The notes: a model not told the origin generated them from the letters alone. A DNA stretch of 64,000 nucleotides from Candidatus Endomicrobiellum meruensis (GCA_031282625.1 JAITDI010000009.1:988-64987); one strand, 5' to 3'; positions 9,451 to 18,945 are shown, counted from the stretch's first letter. Numbers and translations are program-made.

Positions 9451-9480
9451 CACCTGAATCAAAAAATATACCTGTTAAAA

Positions 9481-9530
9481 TACTTAGGTCGGACATTATA
9501 AGTCAATCCTTATAATGTCCGACCTAAGTA
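9481..9530. repeat. perfect 22-bp inverted repeat (hairpin)
   Basis: tacttaggtcggacattataag (9481-9502), tcaatc loop, cttataatgtccgacctaagta (9509-9530). The arms are exact reverse complements. No T-run follows, so it is not a classical terminator. Confidence 0.85.
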
Positions 9531-10396
9531 TTTCGGAAAGGGAGTTAGAATAGATCGAGAACAAAGGATATTGAGATCACGAGCAATGCAAGAAGAAGTA
9601 AACAAAAGGTTAGCAGAAGTTTTTGAGTCTTTTAGACCTACTTAAGACTAGTATGTCTGGAAATTTTACTTGTGTTGCGATATTTTTGGCATGGAGAGTT
9701 ACTTTCGCAATAGTTCTTGGCTTAAGTAAGTATATTCATGAAAACTTTTCGAAGGATTTTGAGGTAGTATGTGTAACCATGTTCTGACCACGAACGCTTA
9801 CGTCAGTAGTTTTACCTTACGGAACACACGAATAGGACTATGTAACTGTGTTTATCTAAGAATAAGTGCTTAGTAATCAGTTTTACGGAAAGCTGCCAGT
9901 TGTACAAAAATAAGATCTGAGTCTAAACCCATGTTCTCGGATAAAGAGTATGGGGTTTTTTGTCCTTCCCTTGAGTTTATTATTTAGATTTTATGAATTA
10001 CTTTGATTTTTTGTTCATAATCACACCTCTGTGTGTCGCTGCGTTGCGGACGCCTATCCACAATCTATCCCACCTCCTATTTGTTATCTGAGGTGTTGAT
10101 CAAGTTCAGCATTGTTTCTTAAAAATAAGTATAATTTAATTGTCCCATAATGCTAGAAGTATATTTATTTGCAAAGAACTTTTTCTTATGCTTAAGTATA
10201 TTTTTCACCTTCTTTCATAAGTTGATAACGGATAACGTGGTTATCATATAGCATAAAAAGGTATTTCAAGACTAAAAATTCTATCAAAAGGGAACTTTTG
10301 TTAAAAAGGGAAGATACATAGGATATGAAAAAAACTTAAATATCAAATAAAGTTTAGGTTTTAGAGTTGCATATTATAATAAAATATAGTATAATC

Positions 10397-10412
10397 TGTT
10401 TCACGTGAAACA
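10397..10412. promoter_or_regulatory. parS site (perfect) just upstream of parA
   Basis: TGTTTCACGTGAAACA, 26 nt before the parA start. Confidence 0.9.
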
Positions 10413-10438
10413 AGAGCAGAGATAGAATGGAGCGTTAA

Positions 10439-11209
10439 ATGAGCAAGGTAATTGCAATAGCCAATCAAAAAGGTGGCGTTGGTAAAACTACAACTGCGAT
10501 TAATTTAGCAGCTAGTTTGGCGAGCTTAGGGCAAGAATGTTTGCTGATTGATATGGACCCGCAAGGGAACTCTACAAGTGGTTTGGGCATAAATAAAAAC
10601 GCTTTGGAAAAAACTTTATATGATGTGTTAATTGACGGCGTCTATCTTGAAGAAGTTCTTAAAGACACGGCTATGGATTGGCTTGACATCGCACCTTCAA
10701 ATACCAACCTTAGCGGAGGAGAAATAGATTTGGTTACTATGGAAAGTAGAGATAAAAGGCTTATGATGGCTTTGGAAAAGTTTCAGAAAGTATATAAATA
10801 TATTATTATAGATTGTCCGCCATCTCTTGGGTTGCTTACCATAAATTCTCTTGTTACCGCTGATACAGTTTTAATACCAATGCAATGCGAATTCTTTGCG
10901 CTTGAAGGGCTTGGGCAACTTTCAAAAACTATTTTTACTTTGATGCAAGAATATAAGCTGGATTTGGAAGGCGTTTTGTTTACCATGTTTGACGCGAGAA
11001 CTAATCTTGCGGCGCAAGTAGTTGAAGAAGTAAAAAAGTTTTTTAACGATAAAGTCTATGAAACAAAAATTCCAAGAACTATAAAACTCGCTGAAGCTCC
11101 AAGTTTTGGCAAACCTGTCATATTATACGAGCCAAACGGCAAAGGCGCTCAAGCATACTTAGATTTAGCAAAAGAATTCCTTTTAAAGCAAAAAGATAAG
11201 CATAATTGA
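10439..11209 (+). CDS. parA: chromosome partitioning ATPase ParA/Soj
   Basis: Deviant Walker A (KGGVGKTTTAINLAA), then DMDPQGN and DCPPSLG. Confidence 0.95.
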   Translation: MSKVIAIANQKGGVGKTTTAINLAASLASLGQECLLIDMDPQGNSTSGLGINKNALEKTLYDVLIDGVYLEEVLKDTAMDWLDIAPSNTNLSGGEIDLVTMESRDKRLMMALEKFQKVYKYIIIDCPPSLGLLTINSLVTADTVLIPMQCEFFALEGLGQLSKTIFTLMQEYKLDLEGVLFTMFDARTNLAAQVVEEVKKFFNDKVYETKIPRTIKLAEAPSFGKPVILYEPNGKGAQAYLDLAKEFLLKQKDKHN

Positions 11210-11210
11210 A

Positions 11211-11226
11211 AGTTTCACGTGAAACA
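11211..11226. promoter_or_regulatory. parS site (15/16 match) between parA and parB
   Basis: AGTTTCACGTGAAACA, which differs from the consensus only at the first base. Confidence 0.8.
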
Positions 11227-11261
11227 ACACACATATAAAAAATATTCGGGAGAAATGTAAT

Positions 11262-12116
11262 ATGAAAAAGAAAGCATTAGGTAGAGGTCTTGAGTCTCTA
11301 ATACCGTCAATAAACAAATCTCATGGAGTGGATGCTGTTGTAACAATACCATTAAATAAGATTAAACCTAACAGATTTCAGCCAAGAAAAAAGTTTAACG
11401 AAGAAAAACTTAAAGATCTTGCAGATTCAATAAAAAAGCATGGACTTGCGCAACCTATTTTAGTTACCGCTTCTATAGTTCCAGGTGAATATGAAATTAT
11501 TGCAGGGGAAAGAAGATTCAGAGCTTCAAAACTTGCTGGAAAGAAAGATATAAAAGCCATAGTTAAACAATCTGCCGATGACAAACAAAGGTTTGCGTTG
11601 GCATTGATTGAAAACATTCAAAGAGAAAATTTAGACCCTATAGAAGAAGCAAAAGCTTTTAAAAGGCTTATAGAAGAATTTGAACATACTCATGATCAAA
11701 TAGCTGAAGTTGTAGGAAAAGAGAGGTCTGTAATATCAAACACGTTAAGGCTGCTTTCTTTGTCTGATGATGTTCAGTCTTTAATATCAGAGGGAAAAAT
11801 TACTCCCGGACATGGCAGAATGCTTGCAGGGATAGAAAGCTCAGATGAGGTGACCCGCATAGTAAACCGTATATTAAACGAGAATCTTTCTGTAAGGACT
11901 GTTGAAAAGTTGACTTCTGAGCTAAAATCTGAAAAAAAGGTTGTTAAACAAAAAAAACAAGAAATAGAACTTGTGCACTTAAAGGAAACCCTTCAAAGAA
12001 AATTCGGATCTAAAGTAAATATTACAGGTAATAGTAAGAAAGGGAAAATAGAAATTTATTATTATTCTTTGGCAGATTTAGAAAGAATAATAAATGAGCT
12101 TAAAATAACTTTTTAA
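11262..12116 (+). CDS. parB: chromosome partitioning protein ParB/Spo0J
   Basis: ParB box (EIIAGERRFRASKLAG) and LIENIQRENLDPIEEA, followed by an HTH region. Confidence 0.95.
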   Translation: MKKKALGRGLESLIPSINKSHGVDAVVTIPLNKIKPNRFQPRKKFNEEKLKDLADSIKKHGLAQPILVTASIVPGEYEIIAGERRFRASKLAGKKDIKAIVKQSADDKQRFALALIENIQRENLDPIEEAKAFKRLIEEFEHTHDQIAEVVGKERSVISNTLRLLSLSDDVQSLISEGKITPGHGRMLAGIESSDEVTRIVNRILNENLSVRTVEKLTSELKSEKKVVKQKKQEIELVHLKETLQRKFGSKVNITGNSKKGKIEIYYYSLADLERIINELKITF

Positions 12117-12324
12117 CTTAGAGTTTCAAAAATGTCAAAACTCTTGCCAAAGGCGTTTCTTTTGAAATGGCGTGCTTTAGGTATCTTTTCATAAATGTTT
12201 ATATGTGTGTTGATAAATGAAGATAAAAGGTTCTATGTGAAAATTATGTGAATATATTTGGAAAATGATATTTTCAAAAATATATTGAAAAATCAACTGA
12301 TAATCAAAAATACATATTGTTATG

Positions 12325-13242
12325 TTAAGTAGAAGTAGGATTTAATATTGTTTGTGGATAACTTGTTAGTAAGTTTTCAATAAAAACCGAGGTACATTGA
12401 TTTTTGCGTATGTTTTTAGAGGTAGAGTTCTTTTTTATTTTACTGTGATAGAAAAATATTGAATGCTTAATGCCATGTTCTTGGCAGTATCTTACAATTT
12501 CTCTTTCAAGCCATTTCCAATAACTCATGTTTTTAGCTATGCATATATCTTGGTACAGATCTTTTAGTTGAGGGTATTTAATATCTATGTATCTCAATAT
12601 TTTGTTTTTGCAAGATGGATACAAATTTAAATTTTCAAACCAAAAGCTCTGAGAATAGTTTTTTAAAGTTCTTATTATAGCCTTAAAATCCGTTATTCCG
12701 GGGAACATAGGCGATAAAAATATACTTGTCTTTATACCGTTTTTAATTAATATTTTTAATGCTTCAATCCTTTCGTTAATACTTGCTGCAAAAGGCTCCA
12801 TATCTTTTCTAAAATTATCATCAAGCGTGTTCATAGAGAATGTTATTTCTACGTTTGTCATCTTTTTAAACAAATCTATATCTCTTGTAACTAAATTAGA
12901 TTTAGTCAAAATAGAAATTTCAGAATTTACATATACTAAAGATTCCAGAATTTTTCTTGTTATGCGATACTTTTCTTCATATTTATTGTATGCGTCTGTA
13001 ACTGTCCCGATAACAACTCTTTTTCCCATCAGTTTTTTTACATTTAGCGGTTGTGAGCAAATTTTTACGTCAAGAAAATCTCCCCAAGATTCGGCGTGGT
13101 TAGTAAACGTTTTCATAAACTCAGCGTAACAATATATGCATTTATGCGGGCAGCCGATATATGGGTTTATAACATAATCTGCATCAGGGATTTTAGTTTT
13201 GGAAATATAATTATTAGTTAAAACTTTTTTAATTTTTATCAT
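12325..13242 (-). CDS. radical SAM protein, SPL/SplB-like (DNA-photolyase-like COG1533 type)
   Basis: CxxxCxxC cluster at the N-terminus (NPYIGCPHKCIYCYA); 305 aa. Confidence 0.8.
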   Translation of the reverse strand: MIKIKKVLTNNYISKTKIPDADYVINPYIGCPHKCIYCYAEFMKTFTNHAESWGDFLDVKICSQPLNVKKLMGKRVVIGTVTDAYNKYEEKYRITRKILESLVYVNSEISILTKSNLVTRDIDLFKKMTNVEITFSMNTLDDNFRKDMEPFAASINERIEALKILIKNGIKTSIFLSPMFPGITDFKAIIRTLKNYSQSFWFENLNLYPSCKNKILRYIDIKYPQLKDLYQDICIAKNMSYWKWLEREIVRYCQEHGIKHSIFFYHSKIKKNSTSKNIRKNQCTSVFIENLLTSYPQTILNPTST

Positions 13243-13352
13243 AGGAAAGTATTATATAAAACTTTATGATTTAGAAATATGTTGCTACATAAAATTTTCA
13301 ACAAAAATTTATTTATCTAAAACTTAACGCTTAAAATGATATAATCACCAAA

Positions 13353-14627
13353 ATGACAAACAAATTAGAAATAAATAATAAATTTAAAGAAGCTTTTGAC
13401 TTAATAGATAAAACGCATAATTGTGTTTTTGTAACTGGGAATGCTGGTACTGGCAAAACCACATTTTTGCGTTACTATATGATGTACGCAAAAAAAAGGA
13501 CTATAGTTCTTGCTCCTACTGGCGTAGCCGCTCTCAATTGCGGTGGAGAAACAATCCATTCTTTTTTTAATTTTAAGACAGACGTAACTCTTTCTAAAAT
13601 CAAAAATAAAAAACTTTCTGACAAATCAATATATAGAAAAGTTGAAACAATTATTATTGATGAAGCATCAATGCTACGTTGTGATTTACTGGATTGCGTT
13701 GATAAATTTTTGAGAATAAACAGGGAAAAACATAAAGAGCCGTTTGGCGGTGTTCAAATGGTTTTTATTGGAGATTTAAAGCAGCTCCCCCCTGTCGTAA
13801 AAAGAGAAGAAAAACATATTTTTTCTTCCGTATACAAATCGCCTTATTTTTTAAGTGCGTATTCTTTAAACGAATGTATGCTTCACACAGTTGAGCTTAC
13901 AAAAGTATATAGACAGCAAGAGCTTAATTTTGTAGCTTTATTAAATGCGGTTCGCAACAATACAATTAGCGATGCTGAACTCACTGAGCTTAATAAAAAG
14001 GTTTCTCCAGACATTTTTAGCAAACCTATAAGCGTGTACTTAACTACAACAAATAATAAAGCTGCGTATATAAATCATAAATACCTTTCAAAGATAAATT
14101 CAGACCGTGCTATATTTGTAGCGGAAACTGAAAATATAGAAGAAGATTCTAAAATGCTCCCTGCAGAATACGATTTGGTAATTAAAAAAGGTGCTCAAGT
14201 GATGATGTTAAACAACGATGCCAAAGGCAGATGGGTAAATGGCAGTATAGGAATTGTTGAAGATATAAAAAATAGTATGCGCTCTGATAAAACTCTTATA
14301 TCCGTTAAATTTTCAAACGGAAGAACGGAATATGTTGAACCTTTTAAATGGGAACTATTTAAATATAAGTGGAATGAAAAACAGGAACAAATAGAAACAG
14401 AAAGCATGGGATTTTTTAAACAATATCCATTAAAATTGTCTTGGGCTGTAACTATACATAAAAGTCAGGGGAAAACATTTGACAATATTATAATAGATAT
14501 GGAATATGGAGCATTTGCTCCGGGACAGCTTTATGTAGCATTAAGCAGATGCACATCTTTTGATGGAATAAGTTTATCCAGACCTATTACTAAAAAAGAT
14601 ATATTAGTTCCAATTTATAAATTTTAG
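13353..14627 (+). CDS. PIF1/RecD-like superfamily 1 DNA helicase
   Basis: Walker A (GNAGTGKTT), Walker B (IIIDEASM), GDLKQLPPV, and the C-terminal TIHKSQGKTF...LYVALSRC motif. Confidence 0.85.
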   Translation: MTNKLEINNKFKEAFDLIDKTHNCVFVTGNAGTGKTTFLRYYMMYAKKRTIVLAPTGVAALNCGGETIHSFFNFKTDVTLSKIKNKKLSDKSIYRKVETIIIDEASMLRCDLLDCVDKFLRINREKHKEPFGGVQMVFIGDLKQLPPVVKREEKHIFSSVYKSPYFLSAYSLNECMLHTVELTKVYRQQELNFVALLNAVRNNTISDAELTELNKKVSPDIFSKPISVYLTTTNNKAAYINHKYLSKINSDRAIFVAETENIEEDSKMLPAEYDLVIKKGAQVMMLNNDAKGRWVNGSIGIVEDIKNSMRSDKTLISVKFSNGRTEYVEPFKWELFKYKWNEKQEQIETESMGFFKQYPLKLSWAVTIHKSQGKTFDNIIIDMEYGAFAPGQLYVALSRCTSFDGISLSRPITKKDILVPIYKF

Positions 14628-14835
14628 AGTTATAGGAATTTAAGATTAATCTTATCTTAAGGTATTTATACCTGACTTTATCATTCGTAGGGTCTTCTTT
14701 TGACTGTTAAATCCTATCTTTAATTTGCCTTTCCTGCATGCTTTCTGCTTTATGAACTTTTATATATTGATGATAACAAAAAAATAATGTAATATTAAAC
14801 ATATATGTAATATATGTGTTATTTTTGGAGGAAAA

Positions 14836-15771
14836 GTGTCAAAAATTTACAATAGTATAACAGATTTAATCGGCAAAACTCCTTTGTTAAGATTGAGTAA
14901 TTACGAGAAGAGAAATAATCTCAAGGCTGAAATCGTTGCCAAATTAGAATATTTTAATCCTGCTGGAAGTATTAAAGACAGAGTTGCAAAAGCTATGATA
15001 GAAGAAGCGGAAACAAAACGTTTAATTAAAAAAGGTTCAGTTATAATAGAGCCTACGAGTGGAAATACAGGCATAGGTCTTGCTTTTACGGCAGCTTCAA
15101 AAGGGTACAAAGTTATCCTCACAATGCCAGAAACTATGAGTGTTGAACGTCGCACACTTTTAAAAGCTTATGGAGCGGAAATTGTTCTTACCGACGGTTC
15201 TAAAGGAATGAAAGGAGCTATAGAAAAAGCAGAAGAATTGGCAAGAGAGACTTCTGGTTCGTTTATTCCAGGACAATTTACAAATGTTGCAAATCCTTCT
15301 GCGCATAAAACAAGCACCGGTCCTGAAATATGGGAAGATTGCGATGGGATTGTTGATGTTTTTGTTGCAGGTGTAGGTACAGGAGGAACAATAAGCGGCG
15401 CAGGAGAGTATTTAAAATCTAAAAATCCCAATATAAAAATAGTAGCGGTAGAACCTGAGGATTCTCCAGTTTTATCTAAAGGATTTCCGGGTCCTCATCA
15501 AATTCAAGGTTTAGGTGCGGGATTTGTTCCTAAGACGCTAAATACAAAAATTTATGATGAAATTATTGCGGTTTCAAGCAAAGATGCTTTTAATAAAGGA
15601 AGAGAAGTGGCAAAATTTGAAGGATTGCTCGTTGGAATTTCCTCAGGTGCAGCTCTTGCCGCAGCTACAGAGGTTGCAAAAAGGGCTAAAATTTCTGGGA
15701 AAAGAATAGTTGTAATTTTGCCTGATACAGGTGAAAGGTATTTATCAACGCCTCAGTTTTTTGAAGATTAA
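14836..15771 (+). CDS. cysK: cysteine synthase A (O-acetylserine sulfhydrylase)
   Basis: PLP-lysine region (NPAGSIKDR), [10 protein letters not shown] and [13 protein letters not shown] start behind the ggagg RBS. Confidence 0.93.
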   Translation: MSKIYNSITDLIGKTPLLRLSNYEKRNNLKAEIVAKLEYFNPAGSIKDRVAKAMIEEAETKRLIKKGSVIIEPTSGNTGIGLAFTAASKGYKVILTMPETMSVERRTLLKAYGAEIVLTDGSKGMKGAIEKAEELARETSGSFIPGQFTNVANPSAHKTSTGPEIWEDCDGIVDVFVAGVGTGGTISGAGEYLKSKNPNIKIVAVEPEDSPVLSKGFPGPHQIQGLGAGFVPKTLNTKIYDEIIAVSSKDAFNKGREVAKFEGLLVGISSGAALAAATEVAKRAKISGKRIVVILPDTGERYLSTPQFFED

Positions 15772-15857
15772 AATATTTCTTGCAGAGATTTGTAAAACTT
15801 TAGCAGTATTGATGATATATTCAAATTTGTCCTTACAAACGGCAGTACTAATATTTT

Positions 15858-16289
15858 TTACTTTTCTCCCTTCTTATTTTTTAATTTTTCAATTATTAAG
15901 TCCAACTTTACAGTATGGATTTCTAACTTGTTTTCTATTTTTTCTAACCGTGAACCCAAAATGGTGCAGTATGTTTCAAGCTGATTATTAGTTGTAACAT
16001 TCTTCTTATTATTATGTTCAACTATATTTTGACCTTGCCCTAATTTTTGGTTGGTGTTTGTTGAATATGAAGCTGAGTCTTCTGTAAAATATGACAGAGG
16101 TTTTCCTGTTGCTTCCGCAATTTTCTTTAAAGATTTTAATGATGGGTTACTGTATCCATTCACCCAATTTTTAACCTGCTCTTTAATTACTCCAATTTTT
16201 TTACCAAACGCCTCCTGCGTTAAATCCAAATCTTTAACAGCTTTCCTAATTTTTTTTCCAACAGTAATGTTTTCCATATCATTCTCCAA
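15858..16289 (-). CDS. XRE-family HTH regulator with C-terminal coiled-coil tail
   Basis: HTH segment LTQEAFGKKIGVIKEQVKNWVNGYSNPSLKSLKKIA. The C-terminus is heptad-like (LEKIENKLEIHTVKLDLIIEKLK). Confidence 0.8.
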   Translation of the reverse strand: MENDMENITVGKKIRKAVKDLDLTQEAFGKKIGVIKEQVKNWVNGYSNPSLKSLKKIAEATGKPLSYFTEDSASYSTNTNQKLGQGQNIVEHNNKKNVTTNNQLETYCTILGSRLEKIENKLEIHTVKLDLIIEKLKNKKGEK

Positions 16290-16336
16290 AATACTTTTTT
16301 AGTATTAAACAATGCCATTACGACGAGAAAAAACTC

Positions 16337-16365
16337 TTGACAAAAGCATTACATAATGCTATTAT
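16337..16365 (+). promoter_or_regulatory. near-consensus sigma70 promoter with an embedded palindromic operator, divergent from the XRE gene
   Basis: TTGACA (16337-42), 17-nt spacer, then TGc-TATTAT (extended -10). The spacer contains the inverted repeat agcatt-acat-aatgct. Confidence 0.55.
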
Positions 16366-16680
16366 AGTATTGCAAGATACTAATCCCCACGTCCAAAAGT
16401 TGAAACGAAAATTAAGAATAAAAAAAATAGGAAGCTATCTCTTCCTAACCGAAAAGAGACTGTAACTAGGTGCATGGGGAAATCACAAGTTGCAGTCTCT
16501 TTTATTCTATAAAAAAAGGCAAAAAAATGAAAATTGAATTTCCAGAAAAATAGTTAAACGAAATAATTACAAAAGTGGCAAACTGGTCTCTTTGCAATTT
16601 GAAAAGAGAGAAGGGGAACTTTGGTCCCAAAAAAAAGACAGAAAGCGACAAGGTGGACAAATTAAAGTAAAGGGGAAACA

Positions 16681-16773
16681 ATGCACAACGACGAAAGGTA
16701 TTATCTAAACTGCTCTATTTGCAATGGAACTAGAACTTATGAATTTATTGAACATGTTGCTGTTGATGATTAA
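16681..16773 (+). CDS. micro-ORF (30 aa), CxxC-containing
   Basis: RBS aaggggaaaca then ATG. It encodes MHNDERYYLNCSICNGTRTYEFIEHVAVDD. It is below the ORF-track cutoff. Confidence 0.35.
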   Translation: MHNDERYYLNCSICNGTRTYEFIEHVAVDD

Positions 16774-16795
16774 TAAACAAGCGAGGAGAATTTAA

Positions 16796-16969
16796 ATGTA
16801 CATAATTGAAAGCCCTTTTGCTGAAACAATTAGATTGAATAAAAATGACATTCTTTATTTTGATTTATACGACGATTGTACGAAAATGAAAGTTGTTTTA
16901 AAAAATCAAAAAATCATTTTTCCAGAAAAAATTATTAAAACAGAAGTTATTTTTGAAAAAGGAAAATAA
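16796..16969 (+). CDS. micro-ORF (57 aa), unknown function
   Basis: RBS gaggag, 8 nt, then ATG. It encodes MYIIESPFAETIRLNKNDILYFDLYDDCTKMKVVLKNQKIIFPEKIIKTEVIFEKGK. Confidence 0.4.
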   Translation: MYIIESPFAETIRLNKNDILYFDLYDDCTKMKVVLKNQKIIFPEKIIKTEVIFEKGK

Positions 16970-17003
16970 AAGGATTTATTTTTCAGCAGAAACATAACAT
17001 CAT

Positions 17004-17356
17004 TTTTTTGCAATTTTAGGGAAGAATTAAAAAAAATAAAAGACAATGCCTAGGGCATTAAATTGCAACCTGAATTTCAAAAATTTTATGTTGATGATGA
17101 AAGAACGTTTCAGCTTTACGAAGAGATACAAAAACAAAAGCTACCTATTTTGCTGCATTGTGGAGCTGAAATAAGTTCGCAAGGAGAAATTTGTGTTACT
17201 CCTGAAAGAGTTTTGAAAGTTATGGGGAAATTCCCTGAACTTAAAATTCTAGGCGTCCACATAGGAGGGTTTTTAATGTGGGAAGAAGTTTTAGAAAAGT
17301 TATCGGGCAAAAATATATATTTTGACACTTCAGATAGTATAAAAATAATGAAATAA
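17004..17356 (+). pseudogene. truncated duplicate of the amidohydrolase gene at 24764..25552
   Basis: Nucleotide and protein similarity to the 25025-25380 region (QKFYVDDER..LLHCGAEISSQGEI..TPER..KFPELKI..GGFLMW..GKNIY.DTSDSI.IMK). An in-frame TAG lies upstream (cct agg gca region), and both the N- and C-terminal parts of the parent gene are missing. Confidence 0.85.
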
Positions 17357-17486
17357 GTGTATAAATGTTCACTTTGAAAATCGTTAATACCCAAAAACTT
17401 CATCATATATATTTTTTTATTATATAAAAAAAGACTGTGGAAAAATAAATTTTCTCGCAGCCTTTTTCTATATGAAGAAATAGGAA

Positions 17487-18086
17487 CTAAATTTTGAATT
17501 TATAACCAAAATTTAAACTATTTTTTGCATAAGACATATCTACATGTTTCCTTTCAGATTGGTATAAATTGCCTGCTTCCCCTAAAGCGTTGTATTCGCT
17601 ATGAGTAAATTCTACTATAAAATCAAAATAGAATTTATATCCAATTCCTACGGCATAATACTGCCCGCCGGATATATTTTTAAGAACTTTCTCGTCAACA
17701 TTGCAATAAGCGCTTTGTCCGAAATTCCCTTTTATAAATAACCCTTCTATAAAAGGGTTTATTTGAGCTGTTACATAAATAGAACAAAACGAAAAAATTT
17801 CAGCATAATCTTTATCAATCTTTCTAGGTAAAAGATATTCTGATCCTGCGCCAAATTTTAAAAAGTTTAGTATGGGAAAATTAGCAAGATATTCTACGGA
17901 AACCGAATATCCTTTCCCTGTGTATCCTGATCCATTTTTATATATATTGCTCTTGCTTGAAAAATCCCAGCTAAATTTTGCGTTTAACTCGCCAAGATTT
18001 GCTAAAACACTTCCCGAAACACATAATACTATCAATAAACTCAAAAATATTTTTTTCATGGTATTCCTTTTATTGTTTATTTCCAA
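17487..18086 (-). CDS. small outer-membrane beta-barrel protein
   Basis: Signal peptide (MKKIFLSLLIVLCVSGSVLA), alternating aromatic/hydrophilic strands, and a C-terminal ..GYKFKI. Confidence 0.75.
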   Translation of the reverse strand: MEINNKRNTMKKIFLSLLIVLCVSGSVLANLGELNAKFSWDFSSKSNIYKNGSGYTGKGYSVSVEYLANFPILNFLKFGAGSEYLLPRKIDKDYAEIFSFCSIYVTAQINPFIEGLFIKGNFGQSAYCNVDEKVLKNISGGQYYAVGIGYKFYFDFIVEFTHSEYNALGEAGNLYQSERKHVDMSYAKNSLNFGYKFKI

Positions 18087-18160
18087 CTTTATACAAAATT
18101 GTCTTTAGATTGTAAATGTAATATAATTAATGTCTGAAATCATAAATTGGAGGGTTGGCA

Positions 18161-18907
18161 ATGTATAAAATTGTTTTAATCAGACACGGAGAAAGTACTT
18201 GGAACAAGGAAAATAAATTTACAGGTTGGACTGACGTTGATTTATCCGAAAAAGGTGTAGAAGAAGCATTAAAAGCTGGAGAACAGTTAAAAAAAGACGG
18301 ATTTACTTTTGATTTGGCATATACTTCAGTTCTTAAAAGAGCTATAAAGACTCTTTGGAATGTACTTAATACTATGGACCAGGTATGGATTCCAGTTATT
18401 AAAAGTTGGAAGTTAAATGAAAGACATTATGGTGCCTTGCAGGGGCTAAATAAAGCTGAAACAGCAACAAAATATGGTGAAGAGCAGGTAAAAATTTGGA
18501 GAAGAAGTTATGATACACCTCCCATGTCTTTGGAAGAAAGTGACACTAGGTATCCTGGCAAAGACATAAGATACGCTGGTCTTACAAAAAAAGAGCTTCC
18601 TTTGACAGAATGCTTAAAAGACACGGTAGAAAGAGTAGTGCCTTACTGGGAAAATGAAATATGTCCTCAGATAAAGGCAGGCAAAAAGATTATTATAGCT
18701 GCTCATGGGAACAGTTTGAGAGCTTTAGTCAAATATCTTGATAACATAAGTGACAATGAAATAGTAAGTTTAAACATACCTACGGCTATGCCGCTTGTGT
18801 ATGAGCTTGACGAGAATATAAAACCTATAAAGAGTTACTATTTGGGAGATCCTGATGCTGTTAAAAAAGCTATGGAATCAGTTGCAAATCAAGGCAAAGC
18901 AAAATAA
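18161..18907 (+). CDS. gpmA: 2,3-bisphosphoglycerate-dependent phosphoglycerate mutase
   Basis: [24 protein letters not shown] catalytic His motif, plus [13 protein letters not shown] at 18161 behind the ggagg RBS. Confidence 0.95.
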   Translation: MYKIVLIRHGESTWNKENKFTGWTDVDLSEKGVEEALKAGEQLKKDGFTFDLAYTSVLKRAIKTLWNVLNTMDQVWIPVIKSWKLNERHYGALQGLNKAETATKYGEEQVKIWRRSYDTPPMSLEESDTRYPGKDIRYAGLTKKELPLTECLKDTVERVVPYWENEICPQIKAGKKIIIAAHGNSLRALVKYLDNISDNEIVSLNIPTAMPLVYELDENIKPIKSYYLGDPDAVKKAMESVANQGKAK

Positions 18908-18945
18908 ATTTATATCAATCACATAAGATAACTAAGGGAGTGTAA

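Noticed and set aside
10054-10247. Possible oriC: DnaA-box-like strings (ctatccaca at 10054-10062; ttgataacggataacgtggttatca at 10221-10247) plus an AT-rich stretch next to parS and parA
   Set aside because: No string matches TTATCCACA perfectly, and short TTATC-like words are expected by chance in AT-rich DNA. No dnaA or dnaN gene lies nearby, and I cannot compute GC skew here. I keep it only as a remote possibility. A genome-wide GC-skew plot and an Ori-Finder run would decide it.
14790-14822. Palindrome aacatatatgtaatatatgtgtt upstream of cysK as a regulator operator
   Set aside because: It is an AT-only short repeat in AT-rich DNA and could equally be chance or part of the promoter. There is no supporting regulator gene nearby.
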